From assembly GCA_000708835.1 (NCBI GenBank), contig DF236977.1, positions 62,001-126,000 of the forward strand: 64,000 bases of DNA, in the 5' to 3' direction. This document shows, piece after piece, positions 63,209 through 64,000 of the stretch; position 1 is the first letter of the stretch; every line of letters starts with the position of its first letter. The DNA is from Klebsormidium nitens (Eukaryota; Plantae; Klebsormidiophyceae). The notes under the pieces were generated by a model, which was not told the DNA's origin, did not search any database, and was given only the letters and a program-made list of their open reading frames with translations. The position numbers were made by a program, and so were the translations under genes.

Positions 63209-64000
63209 TAGTAACCGGTAGTACAATATGTACCTGAAGTGTTGTTGTTTGCCATGCAGTTGAACTTGCAACATTATTATGGTATCGCGCGCCTCAGCCC
63301 CCAGACAGTAATTGATTTGCAGACATTATACCTCTAAATGTCAACTAGCTGAAGCAGGCGGAAGCGATCCGATGATCAACAGCCTCCATGTGTCCAGGCC
63401 AGCCTTATAAGCTGAGCTGTTAATCAGTGCATAATGTCACTAAATGTTATCGCATGATTGAGCTATGCACATGGTAGAGATGATATGTGCAGAAAACGAT
63501 TATAAGTACCACATGGGAGAGCGAATACACATGCTCGAGTGCACTGTAGATGATTGGCAGTTTGACAGGAATGCAAAGAAATATTACTGGCGTCAAACCT
63601 AATGTCAAACTCCGCTCCTGGTGTTGAAGGTGACTTCCGTTGTCATGCACCAGACACTAGGCTACTAGTCACCCGATAAGAGTCTATCTTAATTGGACCA
63701 CAAAACTGCAAGCTTCTGTACTTGTCCTAGTGCGTCTGTGTGATTTTACAAATCATCTGTCTACTTGACACTACCGCTATATGGGTCCCCATAAGAAGCA
63801 TAATGTTTCTCATATGAAACAAGAATTTCACTACAATTACTCTAGTCAACGTGCCAATTTCCTAGATCCGAAAAATATCAGTGGAGTGCTGAACGGTTTC
63901 CATCTATGCCAAAGCCAAGCTGCAAACGCAACACAAATGTCCCGTATGTAAAGTACCATGCGATTAGTTGAGCAACCTCACTGTAAAGCAATCTACACCG

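Overview
Intron-rich eukaryotic genomic DNA. GC-rich exons, a flagellar radial-spoke gene and land-plant-type plastid genes suggest a streptophyte (charophyte) alga such as Klebsormidium; this is an inference. I rebuilt ten spliced protein-coding genes by hand, checking splice sites and reading-frame phase: a TVP15/COPI-associated protein (+), a helical MYND-finger protein (-), radial spoke protein RSP11/ropporin-like (-), an unrecognised protein of two tandem beta-grasp-like repeats (+), a nuclear CemA-like/DLDG1-type protein (-), proteasome beta1 (+), an OBL1-like class 3 lipase (-), an NXPE/PC-esterase-like SGNH protein (-), CYP97A (+) and a DTX46/EDS5-clade MATE transporter (+). Intergenic DNA holds a probable decayed hAT-like transposase, two MITE-like elements and a long foldback. 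The strongest finding is a pair of tandem 78-nt homologous exons in the MATE gene. Both have intact splice sites, show a purifying-selection pattern, and are separated by a 94-nt intron with a donor-proximal branch point and a hairpin over the acceptor, so they are a candidate mutually exclusive splicing switch in a transmembrane helix. Also notable are a six-copy array of the intron/exon-8 boundary in CYP97A, one copy of which looks like a new in-frame microexon, and the tandem beta-grasp/Crinkler-header-like gene with no effector domain. All assignments rest on my reading of the sequence and remembered family motifs; no searches were run.
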